In this document: in pieces, positions 62,695-64,000 of the stretch
How positions within the stretch are numbered: the stretch's first letter is position 1
How the letters are laid out: the number at the start of each line of letters is the position of its first letter
Origin: Takakia lepidozioides
Taxonomy: Eukaryota > Plantae > Bryophyta
Assembly (NCBI GenBank): GCA_030704615.1
Contig: CM060734.1
Span: forward strand, 11,718,001 to 11,782,000
Direction of reading: 5' to 3'
Length of the DNA stretch: 64,000 nucleotides
Translations under genes and position numbers: made by a program
Notes under the pieces: model-generated
What the model saw: the letters and a program-made list of their open reading frames with translations, nothing else
Databases searched by the model: none
What the model was told of the DNA's origin: nothing

Positions 62695-64000
62695 TACCGC
62701 GTGAGCCTGGCGCGTGAGCGTGTAAGCGTACGCTCACACAACGATGACGTGGCATGAGCCTACACTCACGTAGCTGACGTGGCGCTGATGCTGACATGGC
62801 ATGAGCCTGGTCCAGGTCATGCCACATCACCACAAAGAAGGTGGGCCTATAACCGTGGAGCCTACAACTGTTGATTTCACCACATGAAGGTGAAACAGAT
62901 TAAGGGTTTCGGGCTTTCCTGGAGTTCAACCTTTTGTTAACAGGAGCTTCATTTCCTAGAACTGAAATGAACGTTGTGTTAACACGAGGTTGTTTTTCTG
63001 GAACAGAAATCAACTTTGTGTCAACATAAGGTTGATTTGGAGATGTTCAAATCAACCTTATGTTAACACGATGTTGTTTTCTTAGAACTAAAATCAACCT
63101 TGTGTCGACACGAGGTGGATTTGGAGAACTTCAAGTCAACCTCGTGTTAACACAAGGTTGATTTCCGAGACTGTCTATCTGAAGGAAGCTTGTTGTGTTT
63201 GCAAATGAAAAGAGGAGGACGAACCAATGCGACAAATGCGTTGACCCACACATTGCGAAGATGTTAGAGGACATACACTGAGAGACACTAGACTTGAACA
63301 CTCATTCCATTACAAGTTGTAGTCAAGGAAAACACAGATTTCTTCATGTCAAGTGCATGCTGTCTATGGGCTTGTATCCCGCTGTAGAAGTGTGTTGACT
63401 TCGTTGAAACTCATAGTGGCTTGGTGAATGAAGAAGTCGCGCTTCGGATCACAAACCATCCTTCTCAAGAAGATGAAATAAAGATGTTTGCACGGTATGA
63501 ACTTCCCTCTCTTTCCCAAACTACTAAAATCAGGACAGGTGCAATTGGGAAAATTGAAAACAGTGATGTCGTACGTCCTGTCCTGCAGGGCAGATGCGGA
63601 TGAGATCATGGTGAAGACCCGACCGTACCCTGGATCAGGCACTTCCATTGTTCCCGCAACACGAGCGTGAAGCATTCTCGCGGACTCGATTTTACCGTAG
63701 TGTTCTGCGGTTGGAGGGAATCGTCGAACTAGCTTCCCATTCCGTCTGGTTGGCCACAAGTGAGCGTCACGTGGAGGTACCCGCGAACCGCTTGAACTTG
63801 AAGCACCTCTATGTGCAATGGAATGTCTGGCTAGGGAGAAACCCGCCTCTTCCAACATTGCGATCTCTTGGTGAGTGAGACCTGTACCCATCTTCACAGG
63901 CCACACGGTTGGTGGAGTAGGCTTCCTCACCACGGAGGGCCTCACTGTCCCACGCATACATCTCCCGCAATCGTCAGCACAGAACCAGATTTTGTGGTTC
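62695..64000 (-). mobile_element. Second MULE-SWIM element, 3' end (continues beyond the window)
   Basis: ORF 63364-63957 ends PNCTCPDF...PCKHLYFIF...FIHQATMSFNEVNTLL, homologous to 41368-41628. The terminal region is rich in CRTGAGC motifs, as at 40540-40760. Confidence 0.8.
62923..63164. repeat. Six 32-bp palindromes at an exact 42-bp period (consensus AAATCAACCTTGTGTTAACACAAGGTTGATTT)
   Basis: Units at 62923, 62965, 63007, 63049, 63091 and 63133, separated by 10-bp linkers. Confidence 0.9.

Noticed and set aside
62923-63164. CRISPR array
   Set aside because: Linkers are only 10 bp and recur, and the array lies in a transposon end.

Overview
Eukaryotic nuclear DNA from a land plant. The PLS-type PPR fragments and the transposon families suggest a seed-free plant (bryophyte, lycophyte or fern); this is inference. 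I could build two intact host genes by hand: a 9-exon TVP38/TMEM64 (DedA/VTT) membrane protein gene (7721-13322, 285 aa) and a 3-exon RGF/GOLVEN/CLEL-type sulfated peptide precursor (55363-56883, 197 aa) ending in DYRDPETHPPRGN, which the ORF track shows only in pieces. Most of the remainder is nested transposon debris: a Copia remnant, an F-box/LRR pseudogene, an RTE-like LINE in an intron, many fragments of an RNase H + restriction-like-endonuclease LINE (Dualen-like) whose 3' end carries a conserved RNA fold, a Ty3/Gypsy element, two SWIM-containing Mutator-like elements (one with a GCM-like N-terminal domain) and an L1 LINE. Three non-autonomous CACTA elements have different ends but share cargo: PPR motifs, an OSB-type motif and a ~120-bp repeat. 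Two are complete with TIRs and 3-bp TSDs, and one also carries intron-containing PIG-G fragments. All family assignments come from motif recognition by eye; no database searches were run.
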